Assembly (NCBI GenBank): GCA_000165425.1
Contig: CT868130.1
Span: 310,001-374,000 of the forward strand
DNA from: Paramecium tetraurelia
Lineage: Eukaryota
Reading direction: 5' to 3'
DNA length: 64,000 bases
Part shown: positions 1 through 15,178 of the stretch, piece after piece
Position numbering within the stretch: position 1 is the stretch's first letter
How the letters are laid out: every line of letters begins with the position of its first letter
Translations under genes and position numbers: made by a program
Notes under the pieces: generated by a model
Database searches by the model: none
What the model saw: the letters and a program-made list of their open reading frames with translations, nothing else
What the model was told of the DNA's origin: nothing

Positions 1-3000
1 AGTTTTAGATTTAAATACTGCATCTCCTGCAACTATAAGTAGATGTGGTATAGTGTACATAGATGATTAGGTCTTAGGATATGAACCTATTGTATTAACT
101 GAAGCAATGTCCCTTATTGACATTCTAACCAGTGATATAATAGATCATTTGTTAGTGTAAATTAAGGTTTCATTTAGTAAATCAATTAGTTAAGTAATTA
201 AACATTGTAAATAATTAATCCCTGTTCATGAAACATAAATGGCAGTTGGATTAATTAAGATTATAAGAATGGTTATTCAATATTATAATCAACAATTAAA
301 CTGCAATTTAAGAGATGAAATTTCAAAAAAACATTTAGAAAAGCTTTTCGTATGGGTATATGCGTGGTCGGTTGGTGCTACATTAGTATCTGATGATTAT
401 TCAAAATTCGAGGGTATCGTAAATGATACTTTCTCAGTTGATATTTTACCTAGAGGATCTCTGTTGTCTTGCTTAGTTAAAATTACTAGAGTTGATGGAA
501 TAGTTGAGATTCATTATACTTAATGGAGTGACAATGTTCCACAATTTCAATATGTGAAAGGTATGAGTTACTTTGACATGATTGTGGAAACTCCAGAAAC
601 GGTGGCTTATGGTTGGTTTTTGGAATAAGCCATATCTACAAATTGTCCTATTTTTATAACTGGAGTGACTGGAACAGGTAAGACTATTATAATAAATTCT
701 TCTATTCAAAATTTAAGGGATGGAGGATTGATCGCTTTGATGCAGATGACCTTCTCAGCCAAAACATCTAGTTAAACTACTTAGTTAAGCATCGAACAAA
801 AATTGCAAGCTTATCGTAAGAAAGGTAGATCTATTCTCATGCCTCCTCCTGGAAAGAAATTTGTAGTATTTATTGATGATGTCAATATGCCATCATAAGA
901 GTAATATGGAGCCTAGCCCCCCATTGAATTATTAAGATAGTTTATAGATTATAAAGGAGTTTATGATAGAAGAACATTTAATTGGAAGAATGTAGATGAC
1001 ACTATTCTAATTTGTGCCTGTGGTCCACCTGGAGGAGGTAGATCTCCTTTATCAATTAGATTCACTCGTCATTTTGTTTTGTTGGCTTTACCTAATTCCA
1101 GCGATGAAACCTTATCCTGTATATTTAGTAGAATTTTAAAGGCTTACTTTAAAAATAATTATTTTAAAAACGAGATCATTGATTTGGGTGATAACTATTC
1201 AATTGTAAATGCTACACTCTCCATGTACTAAGAAATATAGAAGACACTATTGCCTACGCCCGAAAAGTCCCATTATGTGTTCAATTTAAGGGATGTCAGC
1301 AAAATCATATAAGGGATACTGCAAGCTAAACCTTTGGTTTATCTAAAGTGTGATCAAATAATTAGATTGTGGGCACATGAGACATGTCGTGTTTTTATGG
1401 ATAGATTAATTAATTAGTAGGATTAAGATTGGTTTAAAGAGAACTTAGTTAAAAACATATTCTTATTTTTTAAGACTGAATACAAGGTCAATGAATTATT
1501 TGATTCATAACGACCTTTTATGTTTGCTGATTTTTAGAAAAAAGTAGAATTATAAGATCGCATTTATGAAGAAGTCAAAGATTACAATTAACTTGTCAAG
1601 GTTATCAATGAATATATGATTGGATAAACCAAACTGAATTTAGTACTCTTTAAGGATGCAATTCAAAATTTAACAAGAATTAACAGAGTGTTAAGATAAC
1701 AAAGAGGACATTATATGTTAGTAGGAGTTGGAGGTTCAGGTAAGAAATCCTTAATATAACTGGGAGCTGTATTAGCTGGATGTAAAGTTGAAACAATTGA
1801 ATGCAAGAGAAATTATGGAAAAAAAGAGTTTAAGGAATTTTTATTTAGGATGATGTGTGCTGTTGGAATCGATAATAAATAAATTGCTTTTGCTTTTACA
1901 GAAACATAAGTTCTTTAAGAAGGATTCTTAGAGGATATCAATAGTCTCCTCAATTCTGGTGAGGTACCAAACATGTTGAAGAAAGAAGATTTGGAGTTGA
2001 TTCATTAAGGTCTATAGGCAGAAGCTAAAGAACTAAACATTAATCATATATATCCTTACTTTGTATAAAAAGTGAGATCAAATCTACACATTGTTTTAGG
2101 TCTCTCACCTATGGGAGGGAAATTGAGAATCAGATTGAGAATGTTTCCAAGTCTGCTCAACTGTTGTACAATATAATGGTTATAAAAATGGCCATAAGAA
2201 GCTTTGATGAGTGTTTCAGAGATGTTTTTGTAAACACTTGAATTCGATGGGTTGACAAAAGAGATCAGATAAAATTTGTATTAAATGTGTGTACATGTTC
2301 ATTAAAGTGTCGAGAAAAAGTGTGAAGATTTTCAAGTTGCTTTTAGAAGGTAAGTTTATATCACACCTAAATCATATCTTGATTTAATAGAGTCTTATAA
2401 GAATTTATTGTTGATGAAAAAAGAGGAATTGCTAACCAATAGATTAAAATTATCTTCAGGATTATAAAAATTACATGAAGTTAACAGCATTATAAGTGAT
2501 TTAAAAGTAAAATTGACATAAATGCAACCAATTCTCAAGTAAAAGACGATTGAGCAAGAACAATTATTATAAAAATTATAAATTGATTCTACTGAGGCGA
2601 ATAGAGTTAAATAATTGGTATCAGAGGAGGAAAGACAAGTTAATGAGTAGGCTTCTAAGATTAAAGAGACAAAAGCGGAATCTGATAAAATTCTGAATGA
2701 AGCTATTCCTACTCTAAATGCAGCCGTAGAATAACTAAATACACTTAATAGAAATGATATATCAGAATTTAGAAATAATAGTAACCCTTAACCTATAATA
2801 CGTTTCACTTTTGAATGTGTGGCTATATTGTTTGAAGAAAAGTTGGATTGGGATTCAATTAAAAAACTATTGACAGATCCCAATTTCTTATAAAAAATGA
2901 AGGGACTGGATGCGAGTCGTATCAGGCCAGTAACTTAAAGCAAAATTAAAACTAAAATTACTAGCAATCCAGAATTCATTCCAAGTTAAATTTAGAAAAT

Positions 3001-6000
3001 TAGTATTGCTGCTAAATCAATCTGTGAGTGGGTGAGGGCTGTAAGTGAATTCACAGATATTAATAATGATGTAGAAAAGAAAAAAACACAGGTTGAAAAT
3101 ATGAATCAATAGTTAGAGAAAGCAAAGAAGGAATTGGCTTAAAAATAATCTGAACTTGCTCAAGTGGTGAGAAAAGTAACTGAACTAGAAATACAATTTA
3201 ATTCAAATAAATAAGAAAAAGACCTTTTGGATTAAAATATTTAAACTACTCAATAAAGATTGATAAGAGCTGAAGAACTTACAATAGGATTGGCTGATGA
3301 ATAGGATAGATGGAAGGCCAAAGTTCAGAGTCTGAGTGAAGAAATCTAATTGCTCTTAGGAAATATGTTTTTAGGGAGTGCTATTGTAACATATATGGGA
3401 CCGTTTTGTGGAACTTATAGAAATCAGTTAGTTTAGAATTGGATAGAAAAGGCAACAGAGTTAGCATTGCCCTCAATCAAAAATTTTAATTTTGAATCTA
3501 TTTTAGGAGACACTCTTGAAATTAAGTAATGGATTGCAAATGGATTGCCTAATGACTCAATCTCAAAGTCAAATGGGATAATATCTAAGTTCACCAGATC
3601 CTACCCTTTGTTTATTGATCCTCAATTGTAGGCTAATACTTGGATCAAAAATACTTATAGGGATCAAAACCTTAAAATCATAAAGAGTACTTAGGAAGGG
3701 CTAGTTAAACAAATTGAAAATGCAATATAAACGGGAGTCCCTTTATTACTTGAGGATGCTTAGGAATAACTTGATATTTCTTTAGATCCTGTATTACTAA
3801 GACAGGCAAACCCTTCAAATAGAAAAAAGAATATTAAGATAGGAGATAAGGAAATAGAATTTGATTCCAATTTTAAATTGTTCATCTGTACTAAACTTTC
3901 TAATCCATAATTCTTACCGGAAATGTTTATTAGGGTTACTGTGATAAATTTTACAGTAACATAGTAAGGGTTGGAAGAACAATTACTTGGAGAGATTGTA
4001 TAGATTGAGAAACCAGATTTGGAAGAAGAACAAAAAGATTTAGTTAAGAACATCTCAGCAGGAATGAGGAGTCTTAGGAAGAATGAAGATGAGATATTAA
4101 ATCTATTGGCAAATTCAAAGGGAATGATATTAGATAATGTAGATTTAATTGAAAGTCTCAAAGTATCTAAATAAGAAGCTATTTAAGTTAAAGAAACTTT
4201 AGTTACATAAGAGTAGAAATCAGCAGAAATAGAAAACTCCAGATTATAATATTTACCAATAGCCACAAGGGGAAGTCTGCTGTACTTTGTCATTGCTGAC
4301 TTTGCTCTTGTAGATCCAATGTATTAATTCTCGTTAAATATCTTCAAGAGACTTTATTAGAGTGTGATTAGGAACTCTGAAAAAAATGATAACATTGAAA
4401 TTAGAATAGCAACACTATTAGATAGTATAACTGAAGCAATTTACACTAATATTTGTAGATGCTTATTTAATTAGCATAAACGAATATTGTCATTCTTGAT
4501 GGCTGTTAAAATATAATTGAATGCTAAAGAGATAAGTTATGGAGAATGGAATATGTTTATAAGAGGAATCAATTTAACAGTTTAACCACCTCCTATGCCT
4601 AACACTTTCAAGATGAATTAGAAAACATGGAATGAATTTTATTAGTTAACAACTATTCATTAGAACTTTGCGTCAATTTATAATCAAGCCTTGACAAATT
4701 AAAAAGAAATTGAAAATATGATTCAATCAGAAAATCCATGGAGTCTAATAAGTGATATATTGACACCGTTTTAGAAATTAATGATGATTAGAGTATTGAG
4801 GATGGAAGAATCATTTTATGCCATGACATAATATGTGGAGGCAATTTTAGGAAAGAAATATACTTCAAACTATCTATCTACAATTGAAGAACTATTTAAT
4901 GACACAGATCATAAGACTCCACTTATTTTTATATTGAGTCAAGGAGTTGATCCTTTGGCTAATTTGATGAGATTTGTAAATCAAAAGAAAATATCTTCAG
5001 AAAAATTAAGAATCTTATCTTTGGGTCAAGGCTAAGCAATTATAGCAGAAAAGGCAATTGAAAGTGGTGTCAAGAGTGGTGAATGGATCATATTATAAAA
5101 TTGTCATTTATGTAAAACTTTCATGGCAACACTAGAAAAGAAGTTAGAATGGTTTGAAGATCCAGAACTCTAATCATAATTTAATTCAGGATTTAGATTA
5201 ATACTGACCAGTATGTCTTGCAATTACTTTCCTGTAAGTGTTCTATAGAATAGTATTAAATATGCAATTGAATCTCCTAAAGGAGTGAAATAAAATATGT
5301 ACAAGAGTTATGTTGATTTAACTGCGGATTAGATAGAAAATTGTGATAAAAAAGAATCTTGGAAGAAATTACTCTTTTCTCTTACATTCTTCCATGCTGT
5401 AGTTCTAGAGCGTCGTAAGTTTGGTCCATTGGGATGGAATATAAATTACGAGTAAATTATTATGTCTATATAGATTCAATGATTCTGATTTGGAAACCTC
5501 GCAAACATATCTAAAGAATTTTCTAGATTTGCATTAAGAGATTCCATGGGATGCAATCTTGTATGTAATTGGTGAGATTACCTATGGGGGTAGAATAACT
5601 GATGAATGGGATAGGAGATGTCTATAGACAATCTTATGCAAGTACATCAAGTAATTGATATAAAATATATAATTGTAGTGAGGATGCCTTGAATGATGGC
5701 TATTAATTTTCTGATTCTGGAGTTTATAAATAACCTTGTGAGATGAACATAATTGATTACAGAAGATTGATTAATAAATACCCTGATTTTGAGAAACCAG
5801 AAATCTTTGGAATTAATGAAAATGCAAATCTAATATTCAAATAAACAGAATCTAAAACTGTATTGGCTACCATACTTAGTATTTAACCAATCGAAATTGC
5901 TTAATAATCAAGTGAATCAGATCAAAAGACAAAATCAAACGATTAAATTGTATATGATATTTGTGAGACGTTAATCTAAAAGATTCCATTTTAAATAAAG

Positions 6001-6865
6001 GAATAAGAAAAGAAAAAAAAACTCACTTTAATTAATATCTAAGGGGCTGCCTTGGAAATTGATTCCTTAAAAGTATGCTTGAATTAAGAGGTGCAAAGAT
6101 TTAATCAATTATTATAAATAATTGGAAGCTCAATTAAGAATTTGTAAGCTGCTATAAAGGGTGAAGTAGTTATGTCTGTTGATCTTGAAATGATGTACAG
6201 CTCATTCCTCAATAATCAAGTACCATCTATTTGGGTAAATAAAGCATATCCAACTTTGAAACCTCTTGCTGCCTTTTATGAAGACATGATAAAAAGAGTG
6301 ACTTTCTTTAGAGATTGGTTCAATTTGGAGGCTGGACAGCTAAAAGGCTATTGGCTATCTGCTTTCTTCTTTCCTTAAGGATTCTTAACTTCATTACTAT
6401 AGACTTTTGGCAGGAAAAATCAGATTGCAATAGATGTGCTTAAATTCAGCTATAAGTTCTTCAATTATATCGATTATGAGATGGTAATTCCATTTAATCT
6501 ATATTAGATTACTTCAATGCCTGAAATTGGGGCATATATATATGGCTTATTCATTGAGGGGTGTAGATTTGATCTCAATAAAGGGATTTTAGAAGATTAA
6601 TTGCCAGGATAATTGATCTTCCAAGCTCCTGTAATCCATTTTATACCAACTCAAGATTATAAACCAAATTAGAACGATTATTCGATGCCTTTATATAAAA
6701 CTAGTATCTATATATTTAAATTCTACTTTAGGCCTACGTGCGGGAGTTTTATCTACAACAGGGCTTTCAACAAACTTTATTAGAGCAATTGATTGTCCTA
6801 CTAAGAAGAACCCTGACTATTGGATTCTCAACGGCGCTGCTTTCATCACTTAACTTAATGATTGA
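1..6865 (+). CDS. Axonemal dynein heavy chain, 5'-partial (AAA2 to C-terminus), probably single-headed inner-arm type
   Basis: Ciliate-code translation gives TGVTGTGKT (AAA3 P-loop), [54 protein letters not shown] (AAA4), stalk coiled coil, [54 protein letters not shown] and GVLSTTG, ending ..ITQLND-TGA. Introns at 5452-5473, 5651-5678, 6484-6507 (probable) and 6704-6731. Confidence 0.97.
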
Positions 6866-6880
6866 TTTTTATATAATTAA

Positions 6881-7800
6881 ATGGTAGAACTGAATAATAC
6901 TATTAATTAATCAAATTCTTAAGAGATGGTGGTTTTTAAGATTGGTTAAGCAGTTGGAAAGAGAACATGGGTCCTTGAAGGTATGATCAAAATTCTATCT
7001 ATAAATTTTGATTCTTTAAAATTTAAAGATCTTATAATAGGCCCAAAATCTTGCTAAGATGAGGCATCGAATTAAAGTTTAATTTAAGAGTATTAGAGAA
7101 ATAGATAATAAAATACTCATTAAATGACTCATATCAAAAAATGTCAGTTGGAAGTGCACAATAGAAAGTCAAAATTATTTTGCTACTGGTTCAATGAGAA
7201 CTATAAGTACTATAAAAATTAAATATTCCATCAATTGAAACGTGAGAAGAAATTATAAGTATTAATATGTTATATCTTAAGAAAATCCAAAAACTGAAGT
7301 GAAGTTTAAACTAGATATAATTATGATTTTAAGAAGAACCTTTTCAAGAAAACTAATTAAAGTGATAAAAAATTTATCAAATCCTGTTGAAATACCAGCA
7401 AGCTAATAATAAACTGAAGGAAATAAAACCAACTATAGCATTTTGATTATTCAAAAGAATTAATCTCTATAATTGTCCTTTAGGTAATAAATTAACAGTA
7501 AACAACAATAACAAAAGCCAATATCAAATAAGCAAACCTACTGATGTTAAAATAGAAGCAACAGCTTGATTAAAAATAAGTATTGTAAAATAATAGTTCA
7601 TTAATGTCTACCGTTTCGATTAAGAAAGTAGATAATTTTATCTTCTTTCTATAGTTCATTCATAGTATGTTAATTACAAGTTTGTTTAATAAATAGATAC
7701 TATCATTTTGAAGATATATTTAATAAAGATTTCCTGTTCAACCACAAAGTTTAGATATTTATATCCTTAAAGGACAAGTACTAAAAAAGGTATATGATTA
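6881..7800 (+). CDS. Hypothetical protein or degenerate gene; exon structure unresolved
   Basis: ATG 15 bp after the dynein stop opens MVELNNTINQSNSQEMVVFKIGQAVGKRTWVLE. Downstream frames are interrupted by TGA that I could not clearly remove with introns. Confidence 0.3.
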
Positions 7801-7841
7801 TGTTTTTATAATATATTATTTTATCTTTATTTTTAAAGAAA

Positions 7842-8386
7842 TCACATATTTTCTGAATTTTCATTTATTGGAAGAGATACTTCCATCTCATCCATCCATT
7901 TCTCTAATTTAATAGCACATGCTAATCTGGAACTACAAAAATCTATATAATTATTTACTGCTTGGCAACAGCATAATCTTATCTATTAATGATCAATTCT
8001 TCTAAATAAAATGGGTCTCTGATCTTTTCAATCCAGGGTGATGGTATCAAAATGTGGCATGATCCACATGATGGACCAAAAGTATTTGTCTAAACTGGAT
8101 TCTCCAAAATGTTATCCAATTATTCTCCTCCTTCACAATCACCTGTTATATGAATACCCAATTTTACCTGGAATATTTGTTACACGAAATCTTCTAAGCG
8201 CAGTCAAAAGGCTTTCACCAATGTAAGCAGGTATTCTTTCAAACTCACCGTCATTATAAACATTGATATAGATCCTAAATTAGGGCTTTGAGATTACATC
8301 TTGTCCTACACAGATGGGGCAAAGATTGGACCTGTTGGTTTGTGTGATCCATGAGCGAAACAATATCTCACTATTCTTTATAACAT
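7842..8386 (-). CDS. Mitochondrial 2Fe-2S ferredoxin-like (adrenodoxin-family) protein
   Basis: Presequence-like MLQRIVRYCFAHG, then GESLLTAL, DCEGGE..GPSCGSCH, and SRLACAIKL. Three short GT-AG introns restore the frame. Confidence 0.85.
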
Positions 8387-8773
8387 TTAATAAAATTATT
8401 ATATTAATCTAACTTCAAAAAAATAAATCAGCATGCATTTTATTATCCTTTTCCATCTATTATATATACATCTATTCTTATTATTATAAACCAATACTCT
8501 TATTACAATGAATTCTTTGTAAACGAAAGAAGGAATTAATTGTATTTGTTCTGTTTTCAAGTTAAAATTTAAGCATCAGATTTTGTGAAGATTATTCAAT
8601 TTCCAAATGTATATCCTAATTGAATTTAAAAATAGAGCAAATTTATCTTTATATAACATATATGAATTAATTTATACACATTTGATGTGATTCTAGATTG
8701 ATTAAAAAATATTGATTAAATGAATGAAAATAAATTAATTTATATACTCGTTTTTTTATTCATTTATTAAATA

Positions 8774-9992
8774 ATGAAATTAATATTATTGATAACATTG
8801 TTCGCAATATGTACATGTTTAAGATATGATGATGGGAACAGTGGGAACTCTGTAATTGAAGAATAAATTAAAGAGATCTAATAACATAAAATTGGTTAAG
8901 CAATTTTGAAGATGGCTGAGTTAAATTACAAATTACAAGGTCCTGTGGATGAATTAATTTAAACAATAAAAAGCTTTGGACGCTAGTTGATTGTATTTTT
9001 AAGAATAATATATAGGAAAGAGTGGAATAAGAGAACCTCGATTACGAGGCTATTAAAGCAGAAAGCGTTGTGAAAGTTCAATAATTAAAATAAATAATTT
9101 CTGATGCTGAAAACGAATAGAATAAGTAGAGGAAAAGAATTGGATAAGAGCTAGAACCAAGAAAGGTAATAATACTAAGTTAATCTGATTAGAACGATAT
9201 AGAGAAATAATTATTAAGATTGAAGGATTCTAAACAATAAAACGAATCTAGACTTAAAATGTAGGAGGCATTGCGCAAATAATAATATGAGAATTTTGAG
9301 AAGTCCAAGAGAGATGTAGGAGATTTGATTAAGGTTACAGACGATACTTTGAAGATGGTAGGATCCTTATTGCCCAGACCCGATTGCAGTTTTATTGAGA
9401 TGGATAAGATTCAATTGAGTAAGGAGGAATCAAAGGATTTGACTAGAAGATTAAGGAGCATAAAAGGAAGAGTAATAATTGGAATTTACTGTAGGTAGAG
9501 GGATTGAAAGGTTATGAAAGTATGATGGAGACATTGGTGCAATTAACCGATTCCAGTTTCAAATAGAGACACTTTATTAAGTCTGTTTTGGATCTATTAA
9601 ATAAGCTTCGAAAATCTTTGGTAGATTCTCAAAACAAATTAATAAATGATGAGAAAGAATAGGAAAGGGCTTTCTCTTAATGGGATAGTGCTTAGGATGG
9701 GGAGACTAATGTTTTTGAGAGAGAATGGAATGATTTATTGGAGGAAAGAGAGGACATTTAATCATTCATGGCTGATTGTGAGAATATCATAAAGATCCAT
9801 TAAGCTGATGTCGATTTATATGGGGAACGTGTGAAGTTGGAAGAGCAATCATTGTTGATAAGCAAATAAACCCATGAGGAGTTGGTGAAACAAATAAATA
9901 ACGAATTGGATATTATTCAGAAATCCATTAAGTTGTTGTATTCACCTGCTGTTTTTGAATACTTGAGATACAAAATAAACTTAGGTCCCTGA
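8774..9992 (+). CDS. Trichocyst matrix protein-like secreted coiled-coil precursor (divergent)
   Basis: Signal peptide MKLILLITLFAICTC, then KIGQAILKMAELNYKLQGPVDELIQ, which resembles the TMP propeptide/mature junction. Acidic heptad repeats follow; two short introns. Confidence 0.7.
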
Positions 9993-10038
9993 TTATTAGA
10001 ATAATATACATATAGAAGATTTAATTATTTATTTTATC

Positions 10039-10447
10039 ATGATATACGATCAACCTGAACACTTCGGACTTTTTGAAAAAACCTTCACTGCTAAAGAGAA
10101 AGAGGAAGTGAAACAATTCTTGAAATATGATAGACATGTTCCTTTGAAATTGACAGAACAAGTCTTCCATGCTGAAGCGTATTTATATTCTTCTCAAAAA
10201 TAGAGATGCATCGAGATTCGAAAGATTAGGTTAAGTAGGAGGAGCAGTCTATTCATTCTCATTCTTTTTCTTCCCAATTATCAAAGGTTTACCTATTAAG
10301 TAGAGACTCTTTTGGGCAGCAGTCCCAGGTGGAATTGTTGCATGGCTAGGATGGAGAATCAAGGAAGAATTAGAATGGAATAGAGTTTATAATTGCTATT
10401 AGAAATATCAAGTAGCTCATTCCATGCACAAGAAAGTGTTCATTTGA
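10039..10447 (+). CDS. Small (~127 aa) two-TM membrane protein, possibly a ciliate mitochondrial inner-membrane subunit
   Basis: Clean ORF after removing one 25-nt intron: MIYDQPEHFG...GGAVYSFSFFFFPII...RLFWAAVPGGIVAWLGW...KKVFI-TGA. Confidence 0.75.
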
Positions 10448-10514
10448 AAAAATACAACATGCACATAATATATATATACAAAACCAAAATATCTAATTCA
10501 ATAATTAATTTATC

Positions 10515-11685
10515 ATGTTTTTTGAGTTGGACGACATCAGAAGACGACATTCCTTGTATTTTGATTGTTATAATGCTGGTGTATGGACAGACGCTCCAGA
10601 AAAGTAAATTGCACTTTCCATAAATTAGTTCATTGAGATGGAATTACACCAGAGGAGCAATATCAGGATTACTAGGTAGTCTTATTGGCGAAACATGGCA
10701 TAACTTCTATGAGAATTGGAAACTATTGTATCATTATTAGACTATCAAAGGTTACGATAGTATGAATAACCAAATACTGTGAAGGAATTGTATAATTTTA
10801 GCAAAGCAACAGTCAATCTTGAGAATTTCAAAAGATCAATGGGCACTAGAATGCAATTTGCTTTTGCTTCAGGCGGTATAGATTGGGCTTTGAGATTGGC
10901 AGCATTTAGAGCAGTCAATCATGGATGGCAAAGTAATTAATTAATATATTAAACAAAGGAACTTGGGGTACATTCGAATATGGATTCTTGAGAAAAGTAC
11001 CAGGCACTGTGTTCATTTCTCTTCTTACTGCTCCAATTGGAATTCCCTTTGAAGTTGCTAGAATGGCTTATTATGCTGATAAGACATTCCCCAAGGAATT
11101 GTAAAAGGGATATACCTCATTTTTCAATGCTTTATGGAGAATTCCATTTGAAGAGGGACCATACTATTTCTTCAAAAATTCATTCCCTCTATTTGCTAGA
11201 AACTTCTTCTAAACATTAACACTATTTTACTCTTTCGATTGGATGAAGGATAAGGTAATAATTAAAGCATAAAGAATACTAGCTTTCTGTTTTGACAAGA
11301 GTAGCTGAAATTCCATATTTCCCAGTTAAAATTGTAAATTGTTTCTTATCTACATACTTGGCCATCTTGACAAGTTACTCCCTCTCTCAAGTTACAAGAG
11401 AAATGGTAGACCTATGGCCAAAACAAAATGGAGTATGTCCTTATGATGGCAATTACAGAAAGGCTGCTACTCATATTTGGTAATTGAAATCGTTATTATG
11501 CAAATAGGTATGCCAGAAATCTCAATAATTACTTCCCAGGAATGTTAAGAAATTACGCTAGCAGATAATTCTTACCAATGTTTGTGACTCTATGGTGGGC
11601 TGACTCTTTTGGATTGTTTACCTATTGGAAAATCGACATGTTCAGTGGTGCAGGCTCAAATACATGGGAGGATTCATTTTGCTGA
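10515..11685 (+). CDS. Divergent mitochondrial carrier (SLC25; 2-oxoglutarate/malate carrier-like)
   Basis: PFEVARMAYYADKTFPKELQKGYTSFFNALWRIPFEEG matches the carrier signature Px[DE]xx[KR] and the OGC-type matrix loop. Five short introns. Confidence 0.88.
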
Positions 11686-11779
11686 AATATTAATCAATAA
11701 TACAAAGAATTATACAATAACATTTATTCATTTTATATATACCGTTTTTAATCATTTTCTGCATTCATAAATTAATAAA

Positions 11780-12923
11780 ATGAAAACAACATTGCTTCTA
11801 GTCTTAGTTGCTTGTGCTTTCGCCACAAACACTGCTTTATTTGACAGAATCGAATAAAGTGATTTGGGCAGAACACTCTTAAACACCATTGCCATTCAAA
11901 TGACAACAGGTGAACCTCTAGAAAGAATTTTCTAAACCCTTTATGATTTGGAAGACAGATACATTGCTGACTAAAAGGAGGATGATGCCAATAACCAAGC
12001 CTTCTAATAAGTTTGTGATGCTGATTTGGCTGGCTTGAACCAAGAACTTGCCAATCTTGAATAAAGAAATACAGAATTATAGGCTGTTCTTGATGACCTC
12101 GTGCCAATCAGAGACTAAAAGATCGGATAAAAGAAAGCTAAGGAACTCTAAAAGGCTGAATTATAAAAGGTCATCGATGAAACAACAGCCAAGAGATAAG
12201 AATAAGCTGATGACTTTGAAGCCTAAAGATAAGAGTACACCTTTGTTTCATCAGTTTTGGCTGAAGCAAGAAGACTCTTCACAGACAACCTCCAAGCTCC
12301 ATCTTTCTTATAAAAGGGTGAAGAAAAGGTTCACGTCACCCCATAAATCATGGCTTAAGTTGCTAGTCACATGAGTCAAGGTGCTCACAAAGCCAGCACA
12401 ATGAAACATGTCAGAACCTTTGGAAAAGCCATCAAATTGTTAGCCAATCTTGCCAACAGAACTTAACAATTTGCCAACTAAGATTTAACTGGAAGAGTCA
12501 TCAAATTGATCGATGATCTCTAGAACTAATTGAGTCAAGCATTCGATTTAGCCAGAAAAGCTGAAGATGACAGAACCAGAGCATTCTAAGCATATATCGG
12601 TTTACTCAATGAAAGACATGAACAAATACAATTCATCAATTGCTAATTTGACTGCTGAAATCCAATCACTCTAAGACAGAATCGATGCTACCACAGCCAG
12701 TCAAAACGATGTTCTTTAAAGAATCTAAGCCAAGACATAATAAAGAGATGACAGAAGAGGAGAATGCTAAGAAGCTGCTTATGATTATCAATAAAGAAGA
12801 GCTGCAAGAGACAAAGATAGATAGACTGTCAGTGACTTGATTGGTATCTTGAACTCTAACATGAGAGATCTTAAAGAATACATTGCTTTAAGAATTGCTG
12901 CTGGCGATAAGGACCTTGAATGA
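11780..12923 (+). CDS. Trichocyst matrix protein precursor (T2-like), with an apparent +1 frameshift near 12610
   Basis: Signal peptide, then LGRTLLNTIAIQMTTGEPLERIFQTLYDLEDRYIADQKEDD, AEARRLFTDNL, and C-terminal ECQEAAYDYQQRRAARDKDRQTVSDLIG. These closely resemble Paramecium TMP T2. The span is 1144 nt (3n+1) with no visible intron. Confidence 0.9.
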
Positions 12924-12958
12924 AATTGATAAATAATAACATTAAAATAGTAACTCAA

Positions 12959-14518
<1,560 letters not shown>

Positions 14519-14556
14519 CAATATTAAACTACAAAAGAAAATAAATTAAAAAACAA

Positions 14557-15178
14557 TCAAGCTCTATAATGCTCAGCAGAATGATTATTTCCTCTGGTCT
14601 TAGTGGGGGCGTACTTCAAAGGGGATTTAGAGGAGGTATGCTACTGTATTCTTGCCATAGCATATAGTTTATCTGTGGAGACTGATTAATTAAACATTAA
14701 TTCTTTGATTTTGCTCAGTAATAGATGTCGATTGAAATCTTCAGTCTAAATTATTGAATATTAATACATATAGTTTAACTTTCTATTTATTTACCAAAGA
14801 TTGTTAACTAGTGAGATTCGAGAGCTAGATCTTTGGACTTGTAGCGTTGTCTAACTATGAAAATTTCTGTAATAAATTATTAGCTAAATTTAACTGCTAT
14901 TTCATACAATTTTTTTATTATGATGAAATAATTCTGGGAGATGATGCTGCTGTGAGATTCCTTGCTGCTTATCTTTGAGTAGAACTCTGTCTTTCATACT
15001 TATCTATCTCATGCATTTGATTTATTAGTGAATATATTTTCCCATAATCTAATGGCTGCGTTTACAACAAACTCAAAAATTATTCCCAACATTCCATTAT
15101 ATATCCTTGCTAATTCATCGGATAATAAGACAAATTTGATCTTATGAATGAATCAAACATAGAAAAAAGTGCGTCCAT
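14557..15178 (-). CDS. Hypothetical protein
   Basis: Long ciliate-code frame (..ECWEQFLSLLQTQPLDYGKIYSLINQMHEIDK.. to ..EHYRA-TGA). The ATG at 15178 requires a short 5' intron. Confidence 0.55.

Noticed and set aside
3760..4161. Minus-strand 133-aa ORF and similar track ORFs (473-709, 11772-12107, 12986-13213, 31193-31390)
   Set aside because: These are antisense shadows of well-supported genes.
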